64,000 bases of DNA, from NCBI RefSeq assembly GCF_011386835.1, contig NC_088791.1, forward strand, positions 123,256,001 to 123,320,000. The letters run 5' to 3'. This DNA comes from Chrysemys picta bellii. Lineage: Eukaryota. Both the position numbers and the translations under genes were made by a program. This document shows, piece by piece, positions 10,663 to 23,063 of this stretch. The notes under the pieces were generated by a model. It saw only the letters and a program-made list of their open reading frames with translations. It did not search any database and was not told the DNA's origin. Numbering within the stretch: the stretch's first letter is position 1; the number at the start of each line of letters is the position of its first letter.

Positions 10663-13370
10663 GATTTTATAAGCGTACACTCTACTCCATGTTTCATGTC
10701 ATTATATAGTACTATTCAGTATTTTCATTAAGCAAATATTGTCATTCTTTGCTGGCCCAAGAAGGGCTGGGATGGGGTGGAGGGTTTAGGCTCTCTCGTG
10801 GGAGACCCAAGCCTTCCCCCAAAACTGGTCCCTTTCAGCTAGACCCCCTACTTCATCTTGCAGAATGACAAACCTCATTTAAGCTCACAAGATGTGCTGG
10901 CTATCATGGGGAACGATGGAATGTTTGCAAATTAGGACTTTAACAAGGATAAATGTTTTGTTTAATCCACACAAAAAATGTGGTGGCTGATTTTCTGATC
11001 ATTTTGGCCATCTTTCTTGCATTGCGAATGCTGGTGTCACATGCTGGCAGGTTTGAAGGTGAAGAGATGAGCCTCACATGGGCAGAAAAGGACCCTGAGA
11101 GAGGGGAGAGTGCAGGCTCGTATGCTGCTATTGCAGCATCTCCTGGCTGTATCCATTTTCCAGGAAATGCTTCGGCATGCTTTGGGAAGGGAAGGAGTTC
11201 TGCATACCTCCTTTCATGGAGGTCACCTCCTGCGGACAGGTTGTCATCACTATTAAAATATGGTACATTGCTCTTGTCTTAATTAGTTTCAGTAACTTTC
11301 TAATACATCATCGTTATGAGGCATGTTGCATTTCATGCCCTTTAGAAGGATTGAGACAGCTCGGAGTGGCTTCAATGGTGCAGGTTTTTTTGCAGTTCTC
11401 CTCCTCCCAGATCTTGAGGGACTTGAGGTGCTCCAATTCTGTATATAAAAAGAGACAAACTTGGAAATCAACACGAACAAAAACATAACGTTAAGGTTTC
11501 ATCAGGACACAGCCACCAACACCAAACCTTGGAAAACATGGAAATAAGTCCTCCTGCCGCCTTCTTCACAATGCCTACAATGCTGTGGTAAGATACGGAA
11601 AAGAAATATCTTCCCAACTTCAAACTTGCTGTGTCATGTAAAACTTTAATGGTGACCTCAACAAAGGTAAAACAGAATAACTTTTAATGGACTTTGGGAC
11701 AGACATCACAGTTCAGCTAATATGTGATTTGGCTGAATGGTAAAGTCTGTCTTCTAGATTGTATGTTCCTTGTGGCCGGAATCTCACATCTCTGTACTAT
11801 AAAGGAGCTTATTTAGACAAACTACTTTAAAAGATAAGCTTGCTTGACAAGGGTCGCCCCTTTCTCATAGTGACAATGATTTATCAAAATGGGAAAATAA
11901 GTGAATCCATTCCTCAATTCCCTCCCTTCCTTGTGAACATTTCTGGTCCATGGAGTCTTTCAGAATCCTGTCATCCTTCATTTCCGAGTCCAATGTAATT
12001 GCAATATCAGATACTTTTAGTATCTCCCAAGAAATGGTTAGTCTCGAAAAAGCAGAGGTGTTTAGAAGATACTAGTAAGTGTCATGTCCTTAGGGTACAA
12101 TCAGCTGATGAAAACTTGTTCTGATGATGTAAAGCTTTTAAATAGGTTTTTTTAGTGGCTGCCACTTGATTCTCTGTGGAAGCTTCTACAATTTCATTTC
12201 TAATGTTCAGTTAAGTTCTTGTTAAACTCAATTGAGTGTTTTCTAACTTGCCTTCAGAGTTTCAGTATTGCAACTCCAAAGGCAACAATACTTCTGTATT
12301 AGCAAAACTTTCTAGTATAGTAGTAAACATTTATATAAAGTTCTTACCTGTAATAGTGTCTGAGTCTTGAATATTTACCCTAGTTTTTGTTTCATTGCTA
12401 ATATTCTATTGTAAAGAGCTCTGGAAGGGCAAGGTCTCTTGTTGAAGATTTATTATATGAACACTATAGAAAGCTACATTAAGATCCTTCTTCATATTAG
12501 GAAACTACCACTTGAATTGTCATAAACAGCTGTCATTGGTGATGTGTTGCTTTGTAATTAAATTGTTAGGTTTTTATGCAGTTCTTGAGGCGCATTGCAT
12601 GAAAGTAACTTACAATATGGTGCTAGGTTGTCATCTGAAAAGCAATTGTTTAGTTTGCTGTAGTATGTTCTAGCTCTTGTGGTATTTTATGTTCAATTTC
12701 TGCAAGGAACATTTAAGTTTCCAAGACAAAAATACGTGTATTGAATATCCCAGAAATGAGAGGTTAGTATTTCAGACTTCTCAAGGGTGATCTGGAGGGA
12801 AACCCAGGGTAACAGTCTAACTTTGTGGGAGATTAGATATGAACAAAAGATCAAATGGAATGAAGTTAGATATAGCTACAGGAAAACATGTATTTTATAC
12901 TATTAGAAGACTACTTACAGGTAGTTTGGACAAGTAGTTCAAATAAGTGATCTAAAGCATAATCCTAGCGGCACGCTGTATGAAGAACATTTATAGGATT
13001 GGTCTCCTGGAGTTAATATTTCATTCCAGTTAAAGAAAATATTTTTTTCAGTTACATAGTTGCCATGTTTACACTTCTGAATATCTACTGAATGGGGTAA
13101 TTTTACACAAGGGGTCTTTTTATAGTGCTTTGGCTTTTGATGTCATGCATAGAGGGGAAACACATTCAGAAAAAAATGTTGAGGGTTGCTATGGGCAACA
13201 TTCAGGGTGGAAAATATTTTAAACATACTAGTCTGGATTCTTCTTCTACTTACGCTAGTTTCACACTTGTCTAATGCCACTGACTTCAGTGAACTGCTCC
13301 TGATTGTATGGGCTATGAGTGACTAAAAAGTAAATCAATCCCAAATTCAGTCCTCAGTTAAACATTTATA

Positions 13371-13487
13371 GTATCAGAGGAGTAGCCATGTTAGTCTGAA
13401 TCCAGAACAACAACAAGGAGCCTGGTGGCACCTTAAAGACTAACAGATGGTGTTAGTCTTTAACGTGCCACTGGACTCCTCGTTTTT
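13371..13487. mobile_element. Penelope-type palindromic remnant with the centre deleted
   Basis: Same leader as the 51714 copy (TCAGAG..TAGCC.TGTTAGTCTG). About 29-bp inverted arms around GATGG. Flanking duplication AGTTAAAC(A/G)TTT(A/G)TA at 13356-13370 and 13488-13502. Confidence 0.7.
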
Positions 13488-14303
13488 AGTTAAACGTTTG
13501 TAATCTGTTTGTCTTTAGCTTTCCACAAGTGTACCTAAGGGCAGAATTTGACATTTGGTCTTAAAGAGATGTATTAAGAGAGAGCTTGTGGAATTAAAAC
13601 ACTTTACTTCCAATAAGACAACACAAGTCTGACTTCTAGAAGTATTAATGGAAAATTTACCATACCATTTATCACTCAATTTATGCATCCTGCTGTTCCT
13701 TGTCTGCTTTGATACCTTATTCTAACCTTGATTAGCCAAACTCAGATATTAAGACAGAACAACAGGAAAAGAGCTTTCCAAATTTAGCCTCTGATGAGCC
13801 GTGTTGCAATCCTTGGGACTGTCCCACCCTAGTAAAATATAATGTTGAAATTAGATGACTTGGTTCCCCTAAACAGCTTCTATCCTGGAGAAAAGGTATG
13901 GGGAATAGGTTGTGTGTTGAGATTCTTAAAAGATTTTCTGCAAAGCAACCCTAAACAAAGATGGCTAAAAATTGTTAGCAATGTTCTTGTGTGTGCCAGA
14001 GTAACTCAGGTGAAGAATGGTAATGGGAGTTATGTTTCTGAGCTAAGGAGAGAATAGATACCCCACCTCCAGTCAGACACTTGAATAGGTATTTTTCAAG
14101 GAAATAGTGTACAATTTCTATGTGAATTACCCAGGATTATCCTACATTATTAGATGGCTTTGGTAGAATTAGCCTTTAATTATTCTCTTCAATTTTTGTT
14201 TCTTCAGAGGCATTCTGAGAATTGTTGATCTTCACTGAGCAACAAGACCAGAGACTGTTGTACTTGTAATATGTGCTAGGTGGACCTAAACTTAGATTTT
14301 CAT

Positions 14304-15028
14304 TGTAACAGACAAAATTGTGGGGAAAACCGTGAGAAGCATGCCAGACTTGAAGGAAGAGCCTTAAAAAGGGAGAAGTCCAGTTCAGAGGGCCAGCCCT
14401 GGGAAAGAGATGGAACTTGTATCCTCAGCTACCAGATAAGCTACCTTGGGTCTCTTGTGGTGTGGAATGGGAGCACAAATGGCAAAGGAGCCTTGTGGGA
14501 CAGAAGGGCTGGTGTCTGTATTTATTTCTGTTAGTTTAGTTTTCTTTCCTTTGTCACATTGGGAACTGGGACCAGGGGGCCTGACCTAGGGCAGACCCCT
14601 GTCAACAATGCAAGCCCCTGAGGAGAAATAAGGCTGATATAGGAAGTAGTCCAGGGAAAAATCAAGATGTCTGATGATACAGACTTTAATTGCTTGCTAC
14701 AGGGTCCCTGGAATGCAACCCAGGGCTGAGAGAGAGAGAGATTGGGTTCCCCTATAGCCTCACTGAGGGAAACTAGATTCAGACCCCTGACACATGGGGT
14801 GGAAAGACTACCAGGCCTGGATCCAGGCTGATGACCTGACTTCAGGTCATGGAAGCATTGTTGAGCTGAACTCTGGTTTAACCCACAAGACGAAATGTGA
14901 CCTGGACAGAGGGCCTAGTCACAAGATGGAGGCCACAAGAGGACCTGAATGTCTGGGCAGTGGGGCTATGGAGAGGAAACACACCCAGCCACAAGGCAGA
15001 ACACCAGCTGGTGAGTCACTTTGTCACA
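14304..15028. mobile_element. Possible solo LTR
   Basis: TGTAACA...TGTCACA termini and LTR-like composition, but no TSD. Confidence 0.35.
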
Positions 15029-16670
15029 ATGCCTAATTCCCATTACAACTAATTCAGATGGCTTTGAAAATCTCAGCCTTAAAGTGCTATAGAAGTGAGT
15101 ATTTTTATTCATGTTTTCTCCTTGAAGATATCACATTTTCATGACCATTAAATTCAAATCAAATTAGAAAAGAGCAATTTTCTGTAATTGTTCAGAAGGA
15201 ATGTAATTAGAATTTAATTAATACTAGTTAGCAGGATTGTTTTTGCAAATTAACCTTTTAAAATAATGGCATGTAACTGATTGTATGCTTATATTTTTCA
15301 GCTGAAAACCAAATAATAATGGTCCTGAATAAAATGTTCCAGTAGTGGCTATGTTACATAAGTTGTATTTATAATCATTGTTATGGATATGATTTGGTCA
15401 CAGTAAAATTAGGCAAAAAAAGTCAGAACAGGCAAGGTGAAAATGTACAAAATCAGGATATTGTCACAGCAACCAAAAAACTCCACTGGGCATGGAGGAA
15501 TTGACACTGACTGACCTACAGGCTGGGTGGCCCATTGAGGTGCCTCGGGGTGGAGGTAGTGTTCCCTTCCTGAGCCCCACTTCCTGGGGCTGAAGCCAAA
15601 GAACTCATGGACATTTGTTAAAGTCACAGAATCTGTGATCTTGTGTGACCAAATCATATCCTTAATAATTGCATGCGTTTGTAGTTTCTTTCCTCCACAA
15701 GGATCCTATGTATTTTAAATCTGTAACTAAAAGCCTGATCTTTCCAGCACTTAAACACATCAGTAACTTTACTCACATGAGCAGTTCTATTGGGAATTAC
15801 TCACATGCTTAATAAGTATGTGCAGGGTCAGGCCTAATATACAAATTAGGGACCAATCCTGCAGTTCAATCACTTCAGCCACCTTTGGAAAAAGGATAGT
15901 AGTTGTTTTAATAGAGAAGTTTAGAACAGGAGTTAAGAATTTCAGGGAGATTATTCCAAATGGAACTGCACGTACGTAGGTATGTACACATGTAGGCAGA
16001 ACGTAATTACCAGAATTGAAATTTGACCAGATTACTCTCTTCTTGCAAAAATGACCATGGGGTGATCAAAAGTGGCCCATATCTCAGTTTTATATCTCAT
16101 CTGATCTAGTGCAGCCACTTTTGTTAAGCCGGTTTTTGAAAATATATGTGATGATCATTATTTACAGAAAATCTGTGAATAGCTCTCTTGCTTAAATTTT
16201 ACTAAGAATAATAAATACTTATCTCTTCAGTTCTCTGTGCCTTACAAACATCACTTAGAAGTCCAAGGGGCAGAGGGTGAAATTTCATAGCTACTGTAAA
16301 ACTGTGTTGAATGGCCCTACAAAAGCTATCCCTTGGCAATGACAAATTTGACTACGATCAAAGCCAAGATAACATATGATTTCAATGCCAGAACTGAATT
16401 AAGCAAAACTGTGGAAAACTAGATGCAAACATCACCACAACAAATGTGACTTGCCTTATATAAAAGTTCAGTATACAATTTCCAGATTTTTAATTGTGCC
16501 TCTCAGATTTCCAAACCCATCTTCTCTCTAACTGTTCTTATTGTTTTAGATCCTTAGAGATTAGCTACCAGGTAAAATTTTCAAAAAGAATCTGAGTAAC
16601 TTAGTCACTCTTGAAAATGGGACATATGAGCATAACGATCCTAAGTCCCGTTGACTTTCAATTAGACTTA

Positions 16671-16966
16671 GGCTACATCTACACTACAGCTGGGATCGAC
16701 ACTCTGAGATCGATCCACTGACAGTCGATTTAGTGGGTCTAGTGAAGACCCACCAAATGGACAGGAGATCACTCTCCAGTCAACCCCTGTACTCTACTCC
16801 CGACGAGAAGAGTAAGGTAAGTCAATGGGAGAGTTTCTTCCATCTACTCCCTGTTGTGTAGACCTCACTGTAACTCGACCTAAGGTACGTTGACTCCAGC
16901 TTCCTTATTCACGTAGCTGGAGCTGTGTAGTGTAGGTCGACTTACCGCGGTAGTGTAGACATAGCC
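16671..16966. mobile_element. PIF/Harbinger MITE
   Basis: TIRs GGCTACATCTACACTAC / GTAGTGTAGACATAGCC. Perfect 3-bp TTA TSD at 16668-16670 and 16967-16969. Confidence 0.85.
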
Positions 16967-16970
16967 TTAG

Positions 16971-17758
16971 TGTAACACAGTGCAGACTCACCACCGCGGT
17001 GCCTGACCTCCTGCTTGTTGCTCCGGAAATTAGCTCTGTCCAGCTGTGGAGCGCCCTCTGCAGGTGGTGTCTCCCCATTGTCTGCTCTGCTGTGTGTCTG
17101 GGACCCACTTTGCTCCCTGGCTTGCGGCGTCCTCTTCTGGATACAGCCCTGCGGCTGTGCCCCACTCGGGTCTCTCCCCTTCCGGGGGTATCCGCAGTCC
17201 TCAGTCTGCACCTGCCCTCGTGGCCCACTGCAGCCCTAGAGTCTAGCTCTTTGCCTCAGGGGCAAGCCACCGTCTGTATCAGGCCATGCTCCTCCACGGC
17301 CAGGTGCAGTGTTGGGGGGGGGGAGGGAGGAGAGAGGAGAACCAGGCCCACCCACTACTCTGGGTCCCAGCCCAAGAGACCCTCTGGCAGCAGCCATGTC
17401 CTGGCCTCCTTCTCTCCCCTCTACTGCTCACACTCCCTGGGCCACTTCCCTTTGGCCCTTGTACCTTCTCGGCCCTTTCTTTCAGGGGTCTCATCCTGGC
17501 AGGTATCAGGCTGGAGGCTTTCCTCTGCTCCCCTGAGCCTGCCCAGCACTGCTCTATCTAAGGTGCTATCCCCGGGAGCCAGTCCTCCTCCCTTCCTTGT
17601 CAGGAAGAGACTTGTGTCTCCTCTGCTTTGCAGCCTTTATATAGGGCCCAGCCTGGCCCTGATTGGCTGCTTCTAAGCCTTCTCTGATTGGCTGGGTTCT
17701 GTGCAGCCACTCTAGGGGCTGCTATTAACCCTTTGCCTGCCAAAATGGGGCAACTACA
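16971..17758 (-). mobile_element. Solo LTR (788 bp)
   Basis: TG...CA termini. Perfect 5-bp TSD CTTAG at 16966-16970 and 17759-17763. On the minus strand, two CCAAT boxes (17687-17691, 17662-17666) precede TATATAAA (17643-17636). Confidence 0.85.
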
Positions 17759-18769
17759 CTTAGCTTCCTAAATCACTTGTGCTTCTATAATTTTTGCCTG
17801 TCCTTTATTTTAAGATGAATAATCATAATCAGGAGTTGACGTTACATTTTCTTTCAAATGAGTAAAATGATTAGTTACAGTATGATTTAGATGTATTAAA
17901 GGAGCAGTTAGCAGTCAGAGCTCAAGGTTGTTAAATAGTCGGCCTAGCTAATTCCAGCATATATGTTTGCCTGCCTTGTTTTTAAACCTAGATGAAATGA
18001 TGACTCAAAAGATCAGATATCTGTCCTTAAGAGTGTGCAAAATCCAGACCCCTGCGTGACACAGTTAAGCCGACCTAACCCCCACTCTAGACAGTGGTAG
18101 GTCGGTGGGAAGTGGAGTATCTACACTGATGCAGCAGTTTGTGTAGTCATACCCCCTAGAATACACTGGCTGGCATTTTCAAAAGAGCCTAAGGGAGTTT
18201 GGCACGCAACTGCCATTATATTTCAGTGGGAAGTGAGCATCTAACTCCTTTGGACTCCTTTAAAAATCATAGGTCCTCTCTCCCGCATACACATACATAC
18301 CCTTTCCCAAGTGCGACAGACAGAGGAAGTTTTGGTGCCAAGACAAAATGTGTAAGTGAGATTAGAGTGGGATCTAAGAGGCGATTAGAGTTCATGTTTG
18401 CAAGATGACACATTTTTCATTTTGTAAACCCAAAGTTGGTTCAGATGTGGGTTCCATTCTATCCACACTCCACCTTTCTTTGAGTGGGAGGAAGGAGCAA
18501 ACCAGCGTGGGTTTGATTTATGATTTACAAAATCTTACCAGTCAGGTTTTGTTTTTGCAATCAGGATGTTTTGGGTTTGATTATATCCGAGCCACCACAT
18601 TCGTAGATTTCCCTCACCCCCAAAGATTTATACAGTTAAGGCAGAAGGAACCATTTGATCATGTAATCTTACCTCACAACACATTTCACCCATGTGCACT
18701 GAGCCCAATAACTTGGGTTTATTAAAGCATTACTTGTTTGGCTAAAGAATAGCTTCCAGAAAAGCATCC

Positions 18770-18890
18770 AGTCTTGATCTGAAACTGCAAGAGATGGAGA
18801 ATCTACCCTTCCCCTGGTAGATTGTTCCAGTAGTTAATCATCCTCACTGTTAAATTGTGCCTCGTTTCTAATTTGAATTTTAACTTCAGG
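18770..18890 (-). mobile_element. Short CR1 3' fragment
   Basis: CCAGTCTTGATCTGAA...GGAGAATC...TTGTTCCAGTAGTTAATCATCCTCACTGTTAAA matches the other CR1 copies in the window. Confidence 0.65.
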
Positions 18891-19264
18891 GGGAGAGTAT
18901 TCAATAAAAATGATCAGTCTTGTGTATCTTGATGTTTTCATGACACTGTTGTCTCATCTGTTTTTCATAGCTGAATTTAGTACTGTTGAAAAAGGTATTC
19001 TTGATTGACGGCACTGGAAATGAAATCCTCTATCTTCAGGAAAGGTTCAGCATGAGCACACCAAAGTTTTTAGTACTTATATATGTAGCATTTTACATCT
19101 TCAAAGTACTGTACTAGTTAATCCTCACAAAGCATTCCTGTGAGGAGAACAAGTATTATTACCATTTTAAAGATGGGGAAACTTAGACACAGAGGTGAAA
19201 TGACTTGTCCCACGATAAATTCACACTGTAAACTCCATTCCTAATCCATAGAGCTTTCCATTCC

Positions 19265-19550
19265 ACTATCCCTCTCTCTGCCTGAACCCTGATGGGGAGA
19301 AACCCCTCTAGTGTTAAGAGAGTACTTCAAGTTCCATCTCTGGTTCTAAAGTTCAGTTTTTGGCTCTTCTGCTCAGTTTGTCCACAAGGGTTCTAACTGA
19401 GTGTTAGCTGTGATTGCTTTGTGATGTGTGGACACTGGTGCCCCAGGAACTGGAATGACACCACCAACTTCTCGTACAGAGACCACTAGTAACTTCAATC
19501 TGTCCCAACGTGGGTGGGATTTCAACTGGTAACCATGTGGTGCAAAGGAG
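19265..19550 (-). mobile_element. LF-SINE-like ancient SINE relic
   Basis: Blocks TTTGTGATGTGTGGACAC, AGGAACTGGAATGACACCACCAACT, GGGTGGGATTTCAAC and AACCCTGA..CCCCTCTAG match, in order, the reverse complement of the LF-SINE consensus as recalled. Confidence 0.6.
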
Positions 19551-19619
19551 AGATTTTTTTTTAATTATATCGTATTATGCTTTACATAATGTTGAATATC
19601 AGGGGGTAGAGGAAGGAGA

Positions 19620-20520
19620 ATAGGCATTTGTCCCTTTTTTTTCTGTCCAAAGATATGCAACAGTCTTTGCCGGCACCTCATTTCTAAAGCTTCAATTTTC
19701 TTCACACAATTCACATCCATAAATTGCTATGGGAAAAAATGTACATTTCACGAATCCATGGTTTTTCCACACTTACTTAAGGGAGGTTATAGCTGAATGA
19801 GTCACCCCTAGTCCTCTTCTGTTTTCTTTAGAATAGCCTCTCTTGTTGGATATATATGCTCCCAGATAATTAAACTAATCTGCTGCCTCTACAGCTTGTC
19901 TGTTTATCGTGATGTCAGTTTGTATCCTGTTTGTTAACTGGATGCAAACTGCGTACACGCATTTTGTTTTTGTCACATTCAGGAATAGTCCATATTCCTC
20001 GCTAACTGTTTTTATAGCATGTAGTAACCATCGTAGCATGTCCCCGATATTGCACACAGGCAAAGTTCTGCTCTATGTAATGCAGGATTGCATAAAACAA
20101 AGGATAGACGCAGAACTACCGTCACAAGAAGTTAGTTTTGGAGAGGGCTGAGGCACATATGACCAAATCGCAAAAATCCATCACATTGTTGAAAAATGCG
20201 GAGTACAATCACCTATTGATCATGTGCTTTTGATACCATCCAAGACAACCCATGTTTGGAGGATACTGGCAGACACCAACAACAGACTACAGTGCAAACA
20301 GCACTAGGCAGCAGTGAGTGGTTTTCCAGGACAGGGTGAAAGACACGGGTGTATTTTGTCCCCAAGGGTTTTTAACATATATACAGAATTTATTATGAGA
20401 CAAATGTAGCAAGGTTTGACAAGTGAAAGGAGCTGGGATTTCTCTTGGTTCACACCTCTGAGCTGACCTCAATACACTGATGACACAATGTGCTTTGCTA
20501 CAGCTACTGAAGCAATGCTA
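19620..20520. mobile_element. RTE-clade LINE RT fragment with an inverted 5' part (20040-20520 on +, 20039-19620 on -)
   Basis: + strand: ILHTGKVLLYVMQDCIKQRIDAELPSQEVSFGEG*GTYDQIAKIHHIVEKC ... Y(A/T)DDTMCFATATEAML. - strand: MLRWLLHAIKTVSEEYGLFLNVTKTK...FNYLG...FPIAIYGCE...KIEALEMRC. These are typical RTE RT and C-terminal motifs. Confidence 0.82.
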
Positions 20521-20564
20521 AGCCACACATATATAAAATACCAAGAGAGGATGAGAAAAGTAGT

Positions 20565-20790
20565 CCAGTGGTTAGGCTGTTCGTTTGGAACATGGAAAAC
20601 CCAGGTTTAATTTTCCTACTCTGTCACAGACTTCTTGTTTGACCCTGGACAAGTCACTTAGTTTCACTGACCCTCAGTTCCCCATTTGCTAATCGTTCCC
20701 AAGTGCTAATAGCACTGCACTACTTGTTGAGGATAAATACATTACAGATTTTCTCAGATACTACAATAATGGAGGCCATATAAGTACCTA
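20565..20790 (+). mobile_element. MIR-like CORE-SINE (further copies at about 19130, 27590, 40640, 45560, 52500, 54330, 55830, 58900, 60530)
   Basis: CORE-like motif GACCCTGGACAAGTCACTTAGTTTCACTGACCCTCAGTTCCCCATTTG. Confidence 0.65.
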
Positions 20791-22887
20791 AAATTCCAGC
20801 CTCTGATGAGAACTCCAGCTGTTGCCAATGAATAGCAGCGAAGTGATGGAGATTTGATAACTGCCACATCTCAGGTCAAGTGACTATGTTCATATCCCAG
20901 GTGTATGATAAGTATGTACAGTCCTGAAAACATAATGAAATCTATACTGTAGGTTGGACTCCAGCCCAGAGACAGATGGGAAAGTTCACAAGTACATAGC
21001 AAGGAATTAGTCTAACTGTTTTTTAAAAAACAATTGCCAGTATTGAAAGACGAAAGCTACTCTGCTGATGCTGGCCTCTTGCTATGAAGCCTCTGATGAA
21101 GCAAATCATATGGAGAACACTGAAGGGTGGGACTTAAATAAATGGAAAAAAAGCTGTTTGCTGATCTTGGCTGCTTGCCTGTTGCAGAACTTTGCGCTCT
21201 GCAGCCTTCGAATAATTAACTTTGGTGATAACCCTTGAAAAGCAGGAAACGAGCAGGATGAACCAAACATGAGTTACTTCTGAAGAGTTGCACTCACAAC
21301 CAGCCACACCGTTTTTCAGGCTGATTAATTCATGACACAGCACCAGCTGAGACACAGCTGTTCACTAGGAAACCAGCAGAGTTTATCTGAAGCATACCGA
21401 AAAGGAAAACTCATGCACAGGAAAGCAACACATTAACCAAATACTTCTGTGCTTCCTCAAATGCTGTTAGATTTTCTGTCAGCCTGACAAAATTCTAATC
21501 TGAGTGCTAATTGTGACTCTTTTTTTTTTTAATTAAATTTTGAAGCAGGTGTTACTTTGTGAGCGGTCTAATGCAATAAGCCAGCACTGTGCTACGCTGC
21601 TGTCTGTAGTATTTCCTGTCCCACAATGTCTCATCCAGATGTCTCCCAGCCTTCTCTGTCTAGATAGCTGTTGAATACTAAATCACAGGTACTAATGAGC
21701 CTAAGGTGCAGCAAAGAAAAACTTTATTGCTGTAACAGTTCAGCAATGGAACCAGCTGCCAATGGCAGTTGTAGATTCCCCATTATTGCAAATAATCAAG
21801 ACTAGACATCTGTCAGGGTCTGTTTAAGGTTAATGCTTAACTCCTGCCATGATTCAGAGAGAAGGCCAAGCTACACTAGATGGATTTTCAAAAACACCTA
21901 AGGGATTTATGAGCACTAGGAAAGTCAAACTAGGATGGTGCTCCTAAATCCCTGAGGCATTTTTTGAAAATCTGTCCACAGTGTGCAGTGTTTAATTTAA
22001 GGCCACATAAACCAAGAGACTTAAAGGCTGAAATTCTTAGCTAAGAACAAGCTATGTTTAGGAATGCCAGCACATATATACCTCTCACCTACTCCTTGCT
22101 ATGAAGGCCAGTTGTCATTTTACACCCAAACTTGACAATGTTCAAGAAAAACATGGTGATAGTCTACTTTTATTATTGAAAATTACTTCCATATAAACTG
22201 TTCAGGTTATATAAAATCTGTTTAGTATAATTACTAGGATTATTAACAGGATATAGAGTTCACTGTGTAGGTGGTGATGTATCAAACAACACCATGAATG
22301 GAACAGGCAAAAAATGTTCAGTACAAGCATTTTACTAGACACAGGCAGAGAGGTGGTGATCACATTAGGTTTAAAACTAAGGCCAAATAGCAGGGCTAGA
22401 CAGCACTGAAATCCTGCAAAGTATTCTGACAAGATGTTGTCTCCATTGATAGAAAGCTCATGGAAACAATTGATATCATGAGAAATCCACCATTTTGGCC
22501 CCAAATCCTGTGAGAATAGCTGCTGTCGTATGACAAAAATAAGGAATATAGAAAGAGAACCCCTTTTGGTTTGTGATCAATACTTGAATCAAAAGTATAG
22601 GAGCACATTCAATTCTGGGGATTTTAATCCAAGCAACTTCATGCACAAACTTGCCCCCCAAAAAATCCAAAGGGTTAAAATTTAAGGTTCTGTTTTGGCC
22701 CCACTCTAGCTCTTTTACTTTTGTGAAAGTTGAATGTGGATGACACAGGACCCAGTCTTGCAAGAAGTTGAGTGCCTTTAACTTCTGTTGACTCCTTTCT
22801 GACCTTCTAATATCTATGGATGCTCACCAGTTCACAGGCTCACTTCCATAGCTATTTAGAGGGTCTTGCAACAAGAGGCCTCCCTCA

Positions 22888-23063
22888 AGAGGGATAGCTC
22901 AGTGGTTTGATCATTGGCCTGCTAAACCCAGGGTTGTGAGTTCAATCCTTGAGAGGGCCGATTAGGGATCTGGGGCAAAAATTTGTCTGGGGACTGGTCC
23001 TGCTTTGAGCAGGATTGGACTAGATGACCTCCTGAGGTCCCTTCCAACCCTGATATTCTATGA
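22888..23063 (+). mobile_element. Turtle tRNA-derived SINE with CR1-type 3' tail
   Basis: A box (GGATAGCTCAGTGG) and B box (GAGTTCAATCC). Tail GGACTAGATGACCTCCTGAGGTCCCTTCCAACCCTGATATTCTATGA. Confidence 0.88.

Noticed and set aside
16905-17676. ORFs of up to 225 aa
   Set aside because: They lie inside a GC-rich solo LTR bounded by a TSD. The translations are low-complexity, with few stops because of GC content.
22888-22960. tRNA-like sequence (also 47899-47965 and about 47725-47790)
   Set aside because: These are SINE heads joined to CR1-type tails, with no complete cloverleaf. They are not tRNA genes.
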